A stretch of 64,000 nt of DNA from positions 29,388 through 93,387 of the forward strand of contig JAVZNT010000003.1 in assembly GCA_038882655.1 (NCBI GenBank), written 5' to 3'. The notes below the pieces were generated by a model that made no database searches, was not told the DNA's origin, and saw only the letters and a list, made by a program, of their open reading frames with translations. This document shows positions 37,536 through 47,647 of this stretch, one piece after another. This stretch comes from Candidatus Bathyarchaeia archaeon. GTDB lineage: Archaea > Thermoproteota > Bathyarchaeia > Bathyarchaeales > Bathycorpusculaceae. The position numbers were made by a program, and so were the translations under genes. Within the stretch, counting starts at the first letter, position 1. The number at the start of each line of letters is the position of its first letter.

Positions 37536-38834
37536 CTAAACTTCGCCAGATTTTATTTTTTTGGCTAGTTCCTCAATTTTGACCTTGCTTTGTTCTTTTT
37601 TCTGCATGTTTCTTAGGACGACTGCTCCCACGCTTAGTTCTTTTTCGCCAACTATTATTACGTGACTCATGCCCCTTCTATTCGCGTCTTCCAAAGCCTT
37701 TGTAACCTTCCGCCTAATGACTTCTGTTTCAACGGCTATTCCCTCGTTCCTCAGCATTTCTGAAATCTTCAAGGCTTCATTGTTTAAGTTTTCACTAACT
37801 GGAATAACCATAACTCTCTTTTCCTCTTCGGCTGGTAGGATAGTTTTCTGCTCTTGCATGGCAAGCATTATTCTATCTATTCCATGGGCAACCCCAACGG
37901 CCGGCGTTGGTTCTCCACCAAAAAGCTCTACAAGTTTGTCATACCTTCCCCCACCAGCTAGTGCAATGTCCAATTCTGGGGCGTAAACCTCAAAAATCAT
38001 TCCAGTATAATATTCTAATCCACGGGCAAAACCAGCATCCAAAATGATTTCCAGCTCTTTTTCCGACTCCATTATTAGTTTGATAATTTCACCGAGGTTT
38101 TCCACCGCTTCGGAAGCTTTCCCGTAATCTTTCACGAGTGTTCCCATTTCCTCCAGAATACTCGCGATGTTGCTTCCCCTTAAATCGACCAGCCTCTGGA
38201 GCGTTTTTAGGCACTTACTTGATGAGCCAGCTTCCGTTACAATGCCTAGTGCTTCCTTATACTGTTTTTTGTCCATTAACTGCATAACGCGGTTTTGGGT
38301 TTCCTCTTCTAATCCTTCGCTGTTTAAAATGCCTCTTAAAACGCCGACATGTCCAACCTTGAAGGCGTAGTTTTTTAGCCCAACAGCCCTCATTAAAGTG
38401 TTTGTTAAAAGAAGCACTTCTGCGTCTGCTTCTGGTTTTTCAGAGCCCATAAGTTCAAAGTTTGACTGCCAAAACTCTCTAAAGCGTCCTTTTTGGGGTT
38501 CGTCATATCTGTAAAGGCTTCCAATGCAAAAAAGCCTTAATGGTTTAGGCTCATTTCGCATCGTTGTTGCCACAAGCCTTGCAACGGAAGCCGTGAACTC
38601 TGGTCTTAGGGCGACTTTTCTCCCGCCTAAATCTTCAAAGGCGTACATTCTTGCGCGGACTTCTTCGCCTGCCTTTGCCGCCACAAGCTCATAGGACTCT
38701 ACAACTGGGGTTATTATTTCCTTGTATCCGTATAGTTTGGCTGTTTTTCTGGCTTTTTCCTCTATTAAGCGCATTATTTTTGCTTCTTCCGGTAGGAAGT
38801 CCCTCATTCCACGGACTGTTTTGTAGGCGCTCAT
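37536..38834 (-). CDS. hisS: Histidine--tRNA ligase
   Basis: RGMRDF, LRPEFT, RYDEPQKGR.REF.Q, RGLEYYTG, GGGRYD. Confidence 0.97.
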   Translation of the reverse strand: MSAYKTVRGMRDFLPEEAKIMRLIEEKARKTAKLYGYKEIITPVVESYELVAAKAGEEVRARMYAFEDLGGRKVALRPEFTASVARLVATTMRNEPKPLRLFCIGSLYRYDEPQKGRFREFWQSNFELMGSEKPEADAEVLLLTNTLMRAVGLKNYAFKVGHVGVLRGILNSEGLEEETQNRVMQLMDKKQYKEALGIVTEAGSSSKCLKTLQRLVDLRGSNIASILEEMGTLVKDYGKASEAVENLGEIIKLIMESEKELEIILDAGFARGLEYYTGMIFEVYAPELDIALAGGGRYDKLVELFGGEPTPAVGVAHGIDRIMLAMQEQKTILPAEEEKRVMVIPVSENLNNEALKISEMLRNEGIAVETEVIRRKVTKALEDANRRGMSHVIIVGEKELSVGAVVLRNMQKKEQSKVKIEELAKKIKSGEV

Positions 38835-38864
38835 AGCAGTTCACGTTTTAGGCTTACGTCCCTT

Positions 38865-39425
38865 TTATGGTAGGGTTAATTGTGAGACGGAATAGTAAAC
38901 TATTTCGCCTCTTCGGCTCATAACCGCCAAAATAAGCTCCTTTTTTAAGCTTTGGCACTGCCTCATTATTTGGGTTAATTCCTCCATTGTTAATGGTCTG
39001 CCTTCTTGAAGGCTTAGAATTAGGTATTTGGCTGTGTCCTTTCCATATTCGCCTCTTTCGTAAACTCTGAAGTCTACGCCTAAGCCGAAGCCTTCGCGGA
39101 CAACGTATCCGCGGTTTCTTAGGTCTCTGTAAACAAGGTACTTAGCCCAAGCATTCTCATCTTTTTTCTCCGCAACCTGCAAGAGTTGTTGGAAGTCCAT
39201 TTCCCCACCCTTCTCGTCTTTAACTAAAATTAAACCCTTGTCGAGGATATGAAGTGCCTCGTAAAAGTTTAGGAGGAGCTCACCGTTTTCTTCTATGCCG
39301 TAGCCTTTTGCTTTCAGCTCTTCTATTCTCTGTTTGCTGGCTATTTTCACTCCCTTTTCCGTTAATGTCCCTTCTATTCTTGTTTCTTGGCGGATTGGCT
39401 GCGGCTGCTCTTTATTTTTGCTCAT
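38865..39425 (-). CDS. endA: tRNA-splicing endonuclease subunit (catalytic His not evident; possibly structural)
   Basis: YEAL, YLVYRDLR.RGYVV, DFRVYERG, GEIVYY. Confidence 0.85.
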   Translation of the reverse strand: MSKNKEQPQPIRQETRIEGTLTEKGVKIASKQRIEELKAKGYGIEENGELLLNFYEALHILDKGLILVKDEKGGEMDFQQLLQVAEKKDENAWAKYLVYRDLRNRGYVVREGFGLGVDFRVYERGEYGKDTAKYLILSLQEGRPLTMEELTQIMRQCQSLKKELILAVMSRRGEIVYYSVSQLTLP

Positions 39426-39429
39426 AGGC

Positions 39430-40449
39430 TTAACCGTGTTGGCTTATTTTTGCTAAATCGTCCTTATATAGAATGCCTTCCTCGCAGATGATTGCTGTCA
39501 CATATTTTATTGGCGTAATGTCAAAGGCTGGATTTAGGACTGGAACGTCTTCCGGGGCTATCCGCTCAGAGCCTATACATGTCACTTCTTCTGGGCTTCG
39601 CTCCTCTATTGTTATGTCTGCTACTGTGTGGGCTAAATCGAAGGTTGATTTTGGAGCCGCCACATAAAAGGGTATGCCATGCTCCTTGGCTAAAACCGCT
39701 ATTTGATAGGTTCCAATTTTGTTGATGACGGCGTCCCGCACTATACGGTCAGCTCCAACAATAACCTTGTTGACTATGCGCTTATACATGACGTATCCCA
39801 CCATAGTGTCGCTTATCAAGATGACTGGTATGCCGTCCCGTTTAAGCTCGTAGACTGTTAGGCGCGCGCCTTGCAGTTTAGGTCTTGTTTCGGTGGCAAT
39901 AACCCTAACCTTCTTGCCTTGTTTAACGGCTGCCCTAATAATGCCTAGGGCTGTTCCATAGTCAACTGTGGCTAGCGCCCCAGCATTACAATGCGTTAGC
40001 ACAGTGTCCCCATCATTAATTAGGGCGGCTCCATACTTTCCCATCAAACGGTTTGCTGCGGCGTCCTCGTCAGCTATTTTATTTGCCTCTTCAACAACGG
40101 AGACGGCTAAATCCTCAACGTTTCCTTGGAAAGCCTTAGCCTTGTTTAAAATTCTGTCAACCGCCCAGAAGAGGTTAACCCCTGTTGGTCTGGTTTTCCA
40201 TAACGTTTTTGCCTCCTCCTCCAATTCGCGGATAAGGTCTTCTTTCCGCCGTGCCTTTGAATGATAAGCTGTCAGCGCCAAAGCGTAGGCTGCGGCAACC
40301 CCAATTAGTGGAGCGCCCCTAATCTTCATGGTTTTTATGGCTTCAGTCACTTCACTACAATTTTTCAGCTCTAGAAACTCTGTTTTGTGAGGAAGCTTCG
40401 TCTGGTCTATTGTTATGACTGTTCCGTTGCGCCACATTATGGTTCGCAT
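39430..40449 (-). CDS. mtnA: S-methyl-5-thioribose-1-phosphate isomerase (eIF2B-like family)
   Basis: IDQT.LP, IRGAP.IG, RPT.VNL, THCNAGALAT, ETRP.LQGARLT, NPAFD. Confidence 0.92.
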   Translation of the reverse strand: MRTIMWRNGTVITIDQTKLPHKTEFLELKNCSEVTEAIKTMKIRGAPLIGVAAAYALALTAYHSKARRKEDLIRELEEEAKTLWKTRPTGVNLFWAVDRILNKAKAFQGNVEDLAVSVVEEANKIADEDAAANRLMGKYGAALINDGDTVLTHCNAGALATVDYGTALGIIRAAVKQGKKVRVIATETRPKLQGARLTVYELKRDGIPVILISDTMVGYVMYKRIVNKVIVGADRIVRDAVINKIGTYQIAVLAKEHGIPFYVAAPKSTFDLAHTVADITIEERSPEEVTCIGSERIAPEDVPVLNPAFDITPIKYVTAIICEEGILYKDDLAKISQHG

Positions 40450-40539
40450 CCGGCATCCGCCTCTCCATGCCCGCTAACCGTTTATGCCAGTATAAGTATA
40501 AATCTTGTTAGACACTTGTGAGAGGAGTGGCAAAAAGTT

Positions 40540-41250
40540 TTGAAGAGGGAAATCCTCCAAACCCTCGTTGAAAAACTTGGAACGCGATATTCCGAAATCT
40601 TAGGCATAGACCTAAAAAGCCGAGGGGAAAAGGAAATTTTCAAGTGGTTTTTGACTTCCATACTTTTTGGCGCGCCCATAACCGAAACTTCCGTCATAAA
40701 AACCTACAAGTGCTTCGAAAAGCACGGTATCTTAACCCCGCAAAAGATTTTGGAAACCGGCTGGGATGGCTTGGTGCAGATTCTCGACGAGGGCAGTTAC
40801 ACACGTTACGACTTCAAAACGGCTGACAAGCTTCTCGAAGTTATGCGAAACCTAACTGAAAAGTATGGCGGTAAACTAACCACTCTCTATGAGGAAGCCC
40901 ACAACCACGCAGATTTGGAAGAGAAGCTTAAAGGTTTAGGGAAGGGCGTCGGCGAAGTAACGGTGGGCATATTTCTAAGGGAACTGCGTGACGTTTGGGA
41001 AAAAGCCAAACCAAAACCAACAAGCCTCGTTGTAGTGGCAGTCAAAAACCTTGGAATAGTTGATGAGAAATCTCCAAAGGATGTTTTGCGACAACTTGAA
41101 GATTTTTGGGCTAAGAATGCTTTTTCCGGCGAGTCCTTCATAAACTTTGAAACTGCGCTGCTTCGCCTAGGCAAGAACTATTGTAGAAAAGAAAAGTGCG
41201 CCGCTTGCCCGGTTAGGGCGGATTGCAAACGCCACGTTATGGAGGCTTGA
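40540..41250 (+). CDS. HhH-GPD superfamily DNA glycosylase-like protein with a C-terminal Fe-S-type Cys cluster
   Basis: KWFL.S.LFGA.I, LDEG.Y.RYDF.TA, HhH GKGVG, C-x4-C-x2-C-x5-C. Confidence 0.75.
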   Translation: MKREILQTLVEKLGTRYSEILGIDLKSRGEKEIFKWFLTSILFGAPITETSVIKTYKCFEKHGILTPQKILETGWDGLVQILDEGSYTRYDFKTADKLLEVMRNLTEKYGGKLTTLYEEAHNHADLEEKLKGLGKGVGEVTVGIFLRELRDVWEKAKPKPTSLVVVAVKNLGIVDEKSPKDVLRQLEDFWAKNAFSGESFINFETALLRLGKNYCRKEKCAACPVRADCKRHVMEA

Positions 41251-41971
41251 TGTAGGTTACAACCTCTATTGGGCACTCTTCCGGAAGTTTCAGCCGTTTC
41301 CGCCACTCGTCGCCTATAGCTATGAGAGAAAAAACTCCTGAAATTTCAGCCTTCGCCTTACGCACCAGATTGACGAGGGCTGCTTGTGTTTCGCCAGTCT
41401 TTATCATGTCATCCACTATTAGGACGCTGTCGCGCTTTTTGATGGCTTCCTTTGGAACATAAAGCGTCATTGTTACGCCGGAATCTCTAAGCACATAAGT
41501 TTCTTCAAGGAATTCTTTAACTCCAACTTCCTTGCTTCTTTTGGCTATGACGAGGTTTACGCCTAAAGCATTTGCCACCATAGTCGCTAAAGGAATCCCA
41601 TCCACCGCCGCTGTGAAAACTTTTGTAACGCGTTTTCCAGCAAAATTTGCAAGCGCATGATTAGCCGCCTGCTGAAGAATGTTAAAATCGCCGATAATCT
41701 CCGTGTTATCAAAATAACCATCCTCATTAAACCTTATTCTGTTCCGAAGTTCGTTCTCCAAACCAACAAACTTTGACAAAACCTTCCAAAGCTGCTTGGC
41801 TCTGGCAGTGTTGGGCAAAACATGTCCTTTGGCGTATCTGCTTAAAACTGTTACTGGCAAGCCAGTTTTTGCCGACAACTCGCGGTATGTGATGTTCCGC
41901 TTATATTTGGCTGTTCTAAGAAGCTCTATGGTCATCAAGCGCAGTTTCAACTCTTCTGCATGTGTGCTCAT
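41237..41971 (-). CDS. HTH plus phosphoribosyltransferase fusion (PurR-like regulator)
   Basis: TYRELS..TGLP.TVLSRY..G.VLP HTH; DGIPLA, VLIVDD...TG.T PRPP loop. Confidence 0.85.
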   Translation of the reverse strand: MSTHAEELKLRLMTIELLRTAKYKRNITYRELSAKTGLPVTVLSRYAKGHVLPNTARAKQLWKVLSKFVGLENELRNRIRFNEDGYFDNTEIIGDFNILQQAANHALANFAGKRVTKVFTAAVDGIPLATMVANALGVNLVIAKRSKEVGVKEFLEETYVLRDSGVTMTLYVPKEAIKKRDSVLIVDDMIKTGETQAALVNLVRKAKAEISGVFSLIAIGDEWRKRLKLPEECPIEVVTYIKPP

Positions 41972-42083
41972 CAGCCTTCCCCCATACACATGGACTAGTT
42001 AAATTTCAAGGCGTTTACATCTTATTATTTCCTTACCAATTTATAATTTCCGCTCGAAAACCGAACAATGGCAAACGAACACT

Positions 42084-43034
42084 TCAAGGCGCCGCCGCTA
42101 AAACTACTTCAACAGAATACTCAAACCTGTCCCGGTAAACTGTTAGGTTGACTCTTTCGCCAGCCCTTTTCTTGTGAATTTCGCCTAGAAGCTTCTCTAT
42201 CCGTGTTATGGGCACGTCGTCCAAAGCCAGTATTATGTCGCCAGCCACTATGCCAGCTTCATGTGCTGGGCTTCCATCCACAACTCTTGTCACCAACACA
42301 CCCTCGTCTACTGGTATTCCATAATAGCGGGAAATCTCTTTAGTAAGGCTTAAGCCCATTATCCCAAGCCACGGGCGTGTGTGTACTCCTTTTGATATGA
42401 TTTCTGCTGCGCATTTATTAGCAGAGTTTATGGGAATGGCAAATCCGATTCCATGGGCGAATGGGATAATCGCCGTGCTTATGGCAACAACCTTGCCATT
42501 AACATCCACGAGGGGGCCACCGCTGTTTCCAGGGTTTATGGCTGCATCCGTCTGAACGAGGTTTTCCAAAAGCTCGTTTTTAGATTCTATGGTGCGGTTT
42601 AGAGCGCTTATAACCCCAGAAGTTATTGTGGGTCCGCCCGCCAAACCGAAGGGGTTGCCGATCGCGTAGACGCGTTGCCCAATCCTCAGCTTATCGGAGT
42701 CTCCCAACTCGGCGTAGGGCAAGCCTTTCTTATCAACTTTGACGACGGCTATGTCGTGGATTGTGCACGTTCCAAGCAAGCGTCCATTTAAAACCTCGCC
42801 GTTCCAGAGGGTGACAGCTATTCGTTCGGCGCCTTGAACCACATGATTATTCGTCAATATGTGGCCTTCACTGTCTATTATTGTTCCGGAGCCCATGCCC
42901 TTAACTGGAAAAACTTGATAGAATACGTCTTGAATCAGCCTTATCGTGCTGATGTTAACAACACACTTGCTGGCTTTCTCTAGAACATCCAAAACCTTAG
43001 ATTCATCATCCGATACCAATTTTAATCGCCACAC
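42084..43034 (-). CDS. HtrA/DegP-type serine protease with one PDZ domain, no signal peptide
   Basis: GSG, LTNNHV, DIAV, QTDAAINPGNSGGPL, PDZ GSPA..AG...GD. Confidence 0.93.
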   Translation of the reverse strand: MWRLKLVSDDESKVLDVLEKASKCVVNISTIRLIQDVFYQVFPVKGMGSGTIIDSEGHILTNNHVVQGAERIAVTLWNGEVLNGRLLGTCTIHDIAVVKVDKKGLPYAELGDSDKLRIGQRVYAIGNPFGLAGGPTITSGVISALNRTIESKNELLENLVQTDAAINPGNSGGPLVDVNGKVVAISTAIIPFAHGIGFAIPINSANKCAAEIISKGVHTRPWLGIMGLSLTKEISRYYGIPVDEGVLVTRVVDGSPAHEAGIVAGDIILALDDVPITRIEKLLGEIHKKRAGERVNLTVYRDRFEYSVEVVLAAAP

Positions 43035-43055
43035 ATAAAATCTGTTTTACATGAT

Positions 43056-44261
43056 TTAAACACTTTTCCCGCTGGTTTGAGTTTTTAAGTAAGCATTGAT
43101 GAGCAGAGTCACCGCGGCGAATTGTGTTGCAAGAACATATGCTACCACCACCAAGTATGAAATGCTCAGCTCTATCATTAAGCCGTATACCGCCCCGCCA
43201 ATTAGCATTCCAACACCATACGCTGTGTTAAATATGCCGTAGGCTGTTCCCCGCAAAGAGATTGGGGCAAAGCTGGAAACAGCTGCGCGGTAAATGGACT
43301 CTTGCATTCCCAAAACTAGACCGAAAAATGCTGCAGCAACGATGAGCATTGTTAAGTCTGCATTAGCCATAGCGAAAAATGTTGGAACAACCGATAGAAT
43401 GAACGGCAGCATCAAAACCCTAATCTTGAACTTGTCGTAGGCGAACCCGGCAAAAAGCGCTGTTGGTGCATCAACCCCTTGTATCAGCGTGTAGATTAAG
43501 GGAACAATCCACAACTGATTTGGCTCCAGAATTTTCGTAGCCCTAAGAAGTATCAGCTCAAAAGGTATAAGCCCAACCGCATTCAGCAAAACAGCCAAAG
43601 CGTAAACATAGAAGGCTTTCCCAAGTTTTTCTCCACCCTTTTCCAGCTTAGCCTCCGCTGGCTCGGCAGCTTTTCTCCAGCCAACCTTCCTAAACGTGTA
43701 GGCTAGAAATGCCAAAAGCATAACGAAGGGCAATGCTAGAAGACTGAAGGTCAAATTATAATTATTGCTAGTGTAAAACATTAAGCCAGCCACGACGAGG
43801 GGACCTAAAATAGCGCCTATCTGGTCTAATAGCTCATGGATTCCAAAGGCTTTTCCAGCACCAACCCCTCGGCTTACAATTGATAACACCGCGTCTCTTG
43901 CCGGCGACCTTATGGCCTTTCCGATTCTTTCCAGAAGCACCAGGATTATTGCTATTCCCCATATCCCTGCCACTCCTAGCAGTGGTATTGCCGCAATAAG
44001 CCCGTATCCCAGAAATATGAAAAGCCAGTAAGCCCTTGTGGTATCCGCAAGTTTCCCGCTTACAAGCCTTAAGGCGTATCCCAAAAACTCTCCAAATCTG
44101 CCGAAAAAGGCTATGGCAAAGGCGGAGGCTCCTAGAAACTCTAGGTATGGTGTAACAATTCCCTTTGAGCCCTCATAGACAACATCTCCCATGAGGCTCA
44201 CTATTCCGAGAAGGAGAATAGCCATGTAGGCATTTTTCGCGTTTACCAAGCCATGTTTCAT
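43056..44261 (-). CDS. MFS transporter
   Basis: SG.LAD, ER.GKAIR.PARD, GKAFGIH..LDQ.GA; 12 TM segments. Confidence 0.9.
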   Translation of the reverse strand: MKHGLVNAKNAYMAILLLGIVSLMGDVVYEGSKGIVTPYLEFLGASAFAIAFFGRFGEFLGYALRLVSGKLADTTRAYWLFIFLGYGLIAAIPLLGVAGIWGIAIILVLLERIGKAIRSPARDAVLSIVSRGVGAGKAFGIHELLDQIGAILGPLVVAGLMFYTSNNYNLTFSLLALPFVMLLAFLAYTFRKVGWRKAAEPAEAKLEKGGEKLGKAFYVYALAVLLNAVGLIPFELILLRATKILEPNQLWIVPLIYTLIQGVDAPTALFAGFAYDKFKIRVLMLPFILSVVPTFFAMANADLTMLIVAAAFFGLVLGMQESIYRAAVSSFAPISLRGTAYGIFNTAYGVGMLIGGAVYGLMIELSISYLVVVAYVLATQFAAVTLLINAYLKTQTSGKSV

Positions 44262-44293
44262 TGTTGTTTTCCTGCTGAAAGTAACCCTTTAAT

Positions 44294-44752
44294 TTAGGGT
44301 GAAGTTAAGAGTTTCGCTATCTTCTCAAGCTACTCCCTATCCTTCTCATCAAAACTGCTGTGCTCCTCGCTGTCCACGTCGAGGACAGCTACAACATCAC
44401 CTTTCTCGCCAAAGACTGGCACGGCAATTTCAGACCTAGACCTTGGGTCACATACGATGTGTCCCGGAAACTCGTGAACATTTGGCACAATAATGGTTTT
44501 CCGGCTTTTGGCGCACTTTCCGCAAACGCCAGTATAGGCTATTCTGGCGCATGCTGGTGGTCCACGAGAATGTCCAAGTTCCAGCCGCTCTTCTTTTGGA
44601 ATGTAGAATCCAACCCAAAAATAGTATGGGATTTTCGCCTTCAACACGCTACACACAAGCGCCATCCTTTCCTCGAAGGTTTTTCCCCTAATTTCTCTCT
44701 TTATAGTGTCGAGGCATTCGCTGTAAACTCTGTCTTTTTCATGATGTTCCAT
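44294..44752 (-). pseudogene. GAF-domain protein (free Met-R-sulfoxide reductase-like) with an in-frame TAG at 44330-44332
   Basis: WVGFY, GP.AC.RI, GVCG, V..FPGHI.CD..SRSEI.VP, VLDVDS; the frame continues after TAG as LEKIAKLLTSP-TAA. Confidence 0.65.
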
Positions 44753-44862
44753 AATGCTCCACTCAGCTGTTGTGTTGCAAATTTAAAGCGTGTTTTTGTT
44801 GGATAAAGCTTTTATTGGTGCTCTAGGTTTAGTTTGGCAAATGCCCTAAAAGATGATGTGAA

Positions 44863-45567
44863 ATGGCTCTGCAAAAAGGCGAGTTTATACTGTTAGATTA
44901 CACTGCCAAAGTGAAGGAGACAGGCGAAGTTTTCGACACCACAATTGAAGAAGTAGCCAAAAAAGAGCGCCTATACAAGGAGGGCGAAATCTACGAGCCA
45001 AAACTTGTTGTCATAGGCGAAGGTTGGGTCCTCAAGGCTTTAGATGAGAGCCTAACAGGCATGGAAGTTGGGAAAACCGAGACTGTGGAAATACCGCCGG
45101 AAAAAGCCTTCGGAGCCAGAGACCCGGAAAAGGTTAGGCGGGTTCCTCTTAGGCACTTGACGGCTAAGGGCATAACCCCAACTCTTGGAATGCGCCTCGA
45201 ATATGACGGTAAACTGGCGACTGTTAGGGCTATTGGCGCTGGGCGTGTCCTTTTAGACTTTAATCCTCCGTTGGCTGGAAAAACGCTTGTTTATGAAGTT
45301 GCAGTCAAAAAGAAGCTTGAAACGCCTGAAGAGAAGATAGCCGCTTTAATTCACCGCAGAATACCAACAGTTGAGGTTGAAAAGTTCAAGTTCACGGTCA
45401 AGGCGAAAAATGTTAGCATAGAAATGCCAGAAGAAGCCTTCTACTTGGAAGGAATTCAAGTTGCAAAGCGCGGCATAGCCTTAGACGTACAGAAGTTTTT
45501 CCCAGAAATAACAACCGTCAAGTTCACAGAAACTTTTAAGGCGGAGCCAAAACAAAAGTCTAAATAA
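44863..45567 (+). CDS. Long-type FKBP peptidyl-prolyl isomerase (SlyD-like)
   Basis: DYT......VFDTT, IPPEKAFG.RD, DFN.PLAGK.L. Confidence 0.92.
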   Translation: MALQKGEFILLDYTAKVKETGEVFDTTIEEVAKKERLYKEGEIYEPKLVVIGEGWVLKALDESLTGMEVGKTETVEIPPEKAFGARDPEKVRRVPLRHLTAKGITPTLGMRLEYDGKLATVRAIGAGRVLLDFNPPLAGKTLVYEVAVKKKLETPEEKIAALIHRRIPTVEVEKFKFTVKAKNVSIEMPEEAFYLEGIQVAKRGIALDVQKFFPEITTVKFTETFKAEPKQKSK

Positions 45568-46624
45568 CCCCAGTTGTTTTTGCGATTCTCTCGCATTCTT
45601 CGAGGCTTAGGTTCAACTTGTTAAGGATCGTGTAGCGTTCAGGTCTTATGGAAGACGCCATAAACAAGGCTTTAACAAGTTCGTCTTTAGTTAACCCCAG
45701 TTCGTAGATATTGGTCGGCGCCCCAATAGTCTTTAGGGTTTCCCTTATGCGTCTCCAGTTTGCACCGTGCAGATAAGCCATAACAATTGTTCCAATGCCA
45801 CATTGCTCGCCATGAAGGGCGTTATTCGGCTTTATCAGGTCTAAGGCATGGCTGAACAAGTGCTCCGCACCGCTGCATGGGCGGCTGCTCCCAGCAATGC
45901 TCATGGCCACGCCACAGCTTATTAGAGCTTCAAGGAGCACGCGAAGTCCTTCCTCGTTTTCTGGTTTTATGAGGCTCGCGTTTCGCATCACAAGTCTTGC
46001 GCTCATTAGAGCTAGGCTTGCGGCATACTCTCCATAATACTCATTCCTATCCATGCTTGCAAGTTTCCAGTCTCTCACTGCTGTAAACTTTGCAATTACG
46101 TCTCCGCAGCCACTTGCAATAAAACGTTGAGGCGTTTGTGCAATTATGTTTGTGTCGGCTATTATAGCTATTGGAGCTTGAGCCATAACTGAAAAAGGTT
46201 TTTCAAGACCCTTAACTGACGAAAGCGGGCTTGCAATTCCATCGTGAGAGGCTGTTGTTGGCACACTAATGAAAGGCACCCTTTGCCGACCAGAGCTCAA
46301 CTTTGCCACGTCAATTTTTGTTCCTCCACCCACGCCGAAAACCACTTGAGGTTTTAGAGTTCCAATTTTTTCCTCAACGGCTTCCACATCTTTTATGGTG
46401 GCTGACTCTACAATGTGTGTTTTGGCTTCCACGCCATCGTTTTCAAGAATCTCCTTAACAATTTTTCCAGCAATATCATAGGTTTTCTTCCCAGTAATTA
46501 TTAGGGCGGACTCCGTGAATCCCAACCTTCTAGATATCTCTGCAGTTTGTTCTATTACACCCTTTCCAACAATAACCTCTCTTGGAAGCTGCATCCAATG
46601 GCGTTTTAAAGGCAAATCAACCAC
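45560..46624 (-). CDS. egsA: sn-glycerol-1-phosphate dehydrogenase
   Basis: MQLPREV, GGG..IDVAK, PT.ASHDGI.S, SSRP.SG.EHLFSHALD, HGEQ; the true start is about 240 nt inside the long ORF. Confidence 0.95.
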   Translation of the reverse strand: MVDLPLKRHWMQLPREVIVGKGVIEQTAEISRRLGFTESALIITGKKTYDIAGKIVKEILENDGVEAKTHIVESATIKDVEAVEEKIGTLKPQVVFGVGGGTKIDVAKLSSGRQRVPFISVPTTASHDGIASPLSSVKGLEKPFSVMAQAPIAIIADTNIIAQTPQRFIASGCGDVIAKFTAVRDWKLASMDRNEYYGEYAASLALMSARLVMRNASLIKPENEEGLRVLLEALISCGVAMSIAGSSRPCSGAEHLFSHALDLIKPNNALHGEQCGIGTIVMAYLHGANWRRIRETLKTIGAPTNIYELGLTKDELVKALFMASSIRPERYTILNKLNLSLEECERIAKTTGVI

Positions 46625-46990
46625 TCGTTGGGCTTTTCCCTTTAGGATGATATGGGCGTGGCTCTTAAAACCCTTTTCACGGCAACGCTGCAATCTGAAG
46701 ATTTTAGCTATGAATTTTAGTTTCATACCGATAAGAATCACGGATTTAAACCCACTGCCATGTTTGATAAGCCGACGGTTGAGAAAAGAAAATGTAAATA
46801 TTACTGTGAAAGATGCGGCAAGGAGGACGAGCTGATAGAGGAAGAGGGCATAATCTAGGCTATGCAAGTTTGTAGACGAATCGGCGATTTTCGAAGCGTA
46901 ATATTAATAAGCTTCATGACGTGATTAAATGATGCTACTTCCTAGCGAAGTAATCTGGCACATGTTTAGGTTTTGGGAGAAATGTGTAAA

Positions 46991-47644
46991 ATGTCAAACA
47001 ACAACGTAGTTGACAAGTTGACGTTAAAGGGAACGACAACCATAGGGGTTGTCTGCAAAGACGGAGTGATCCTCGCTTCGGACACCCGTGTAACCATGGG
47101 GTTCTATGTAGCCCACAAGCATGGGAAGAAAATTTACAAGATAGATGACCACATGGCGATGACCATTGCTGGAACAGTTGCCGACGCCCAAAGAACAGTG
47201 GACATTTTAACAGCTAACGCCCAACTCTACAAGCTAAACATTGGAAGACCAATGCCCATAAGCTCAGCAGCAAGGCTCATGGCAAACCTTCTATTTTCAG
47301 CCAGATACATACCACTAGCAACCCAAGTCCTAATAGGCGGCGTTGACGACACCGGTCCTCACGTTTTCTCCATAGACCCTTTCGGAAGCCTAACGGAAGA
47401 GAAATGCGTTGCCACGGGCTCTGGATCTCCAATAGCCTACGGCGTTTTAGAGGACAAGTTCCGCGAGGGCATGTCAGTGGCTGAAGCTTTGCCCATAATT
47501 GTTAAAGCTGTTGACTCAGCTATGAAAAGGGATACAGCCAGCGGAGACAGCTTCAACGTGGCGGTTGTAGACGCTAACGGTTATAGAGAACTAACCAATG
47601 GGGAGAAGAAGAAACTTTTAGCTGCAAATCAAAGGGAAGTCTAA
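46991..47644 (+). CDS. psmB: Proteasome beta subunit
   Basis: Propeptide then G/TTTIG, D.R.T.G, AG.VADAQ, TGSGS. Confidence 0.96.
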   Translation: MSNNNVVDKLTLKGTTTIGVVCKDGVILASDTRVTMGFYVAHKHGKKIYKIDDHMAMTIAGTVADAQRTVDILTANAQLYKLNIGRPMPISSAARLMANLLFSARYIPLATQVLIGGVDDTGPHVFSIDPFGSLTEEKCVATGSGSPIAYGVLEDKFREGMSVAEALPIIVKAVDSAMKRDTASGDSFNVAVVDANGYRELTNGEKKKLLAANQREV

Positions 47645-47647
47645 AAG

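Noticed and set aside
46625-46867. 80-aa hydrophobic N-terminal extension on EgsA
   Set aside because: Family similarity starts near HWMQLPREV; the extension crosses the divergent egsA/psmB promoter region and looks like chance open frame
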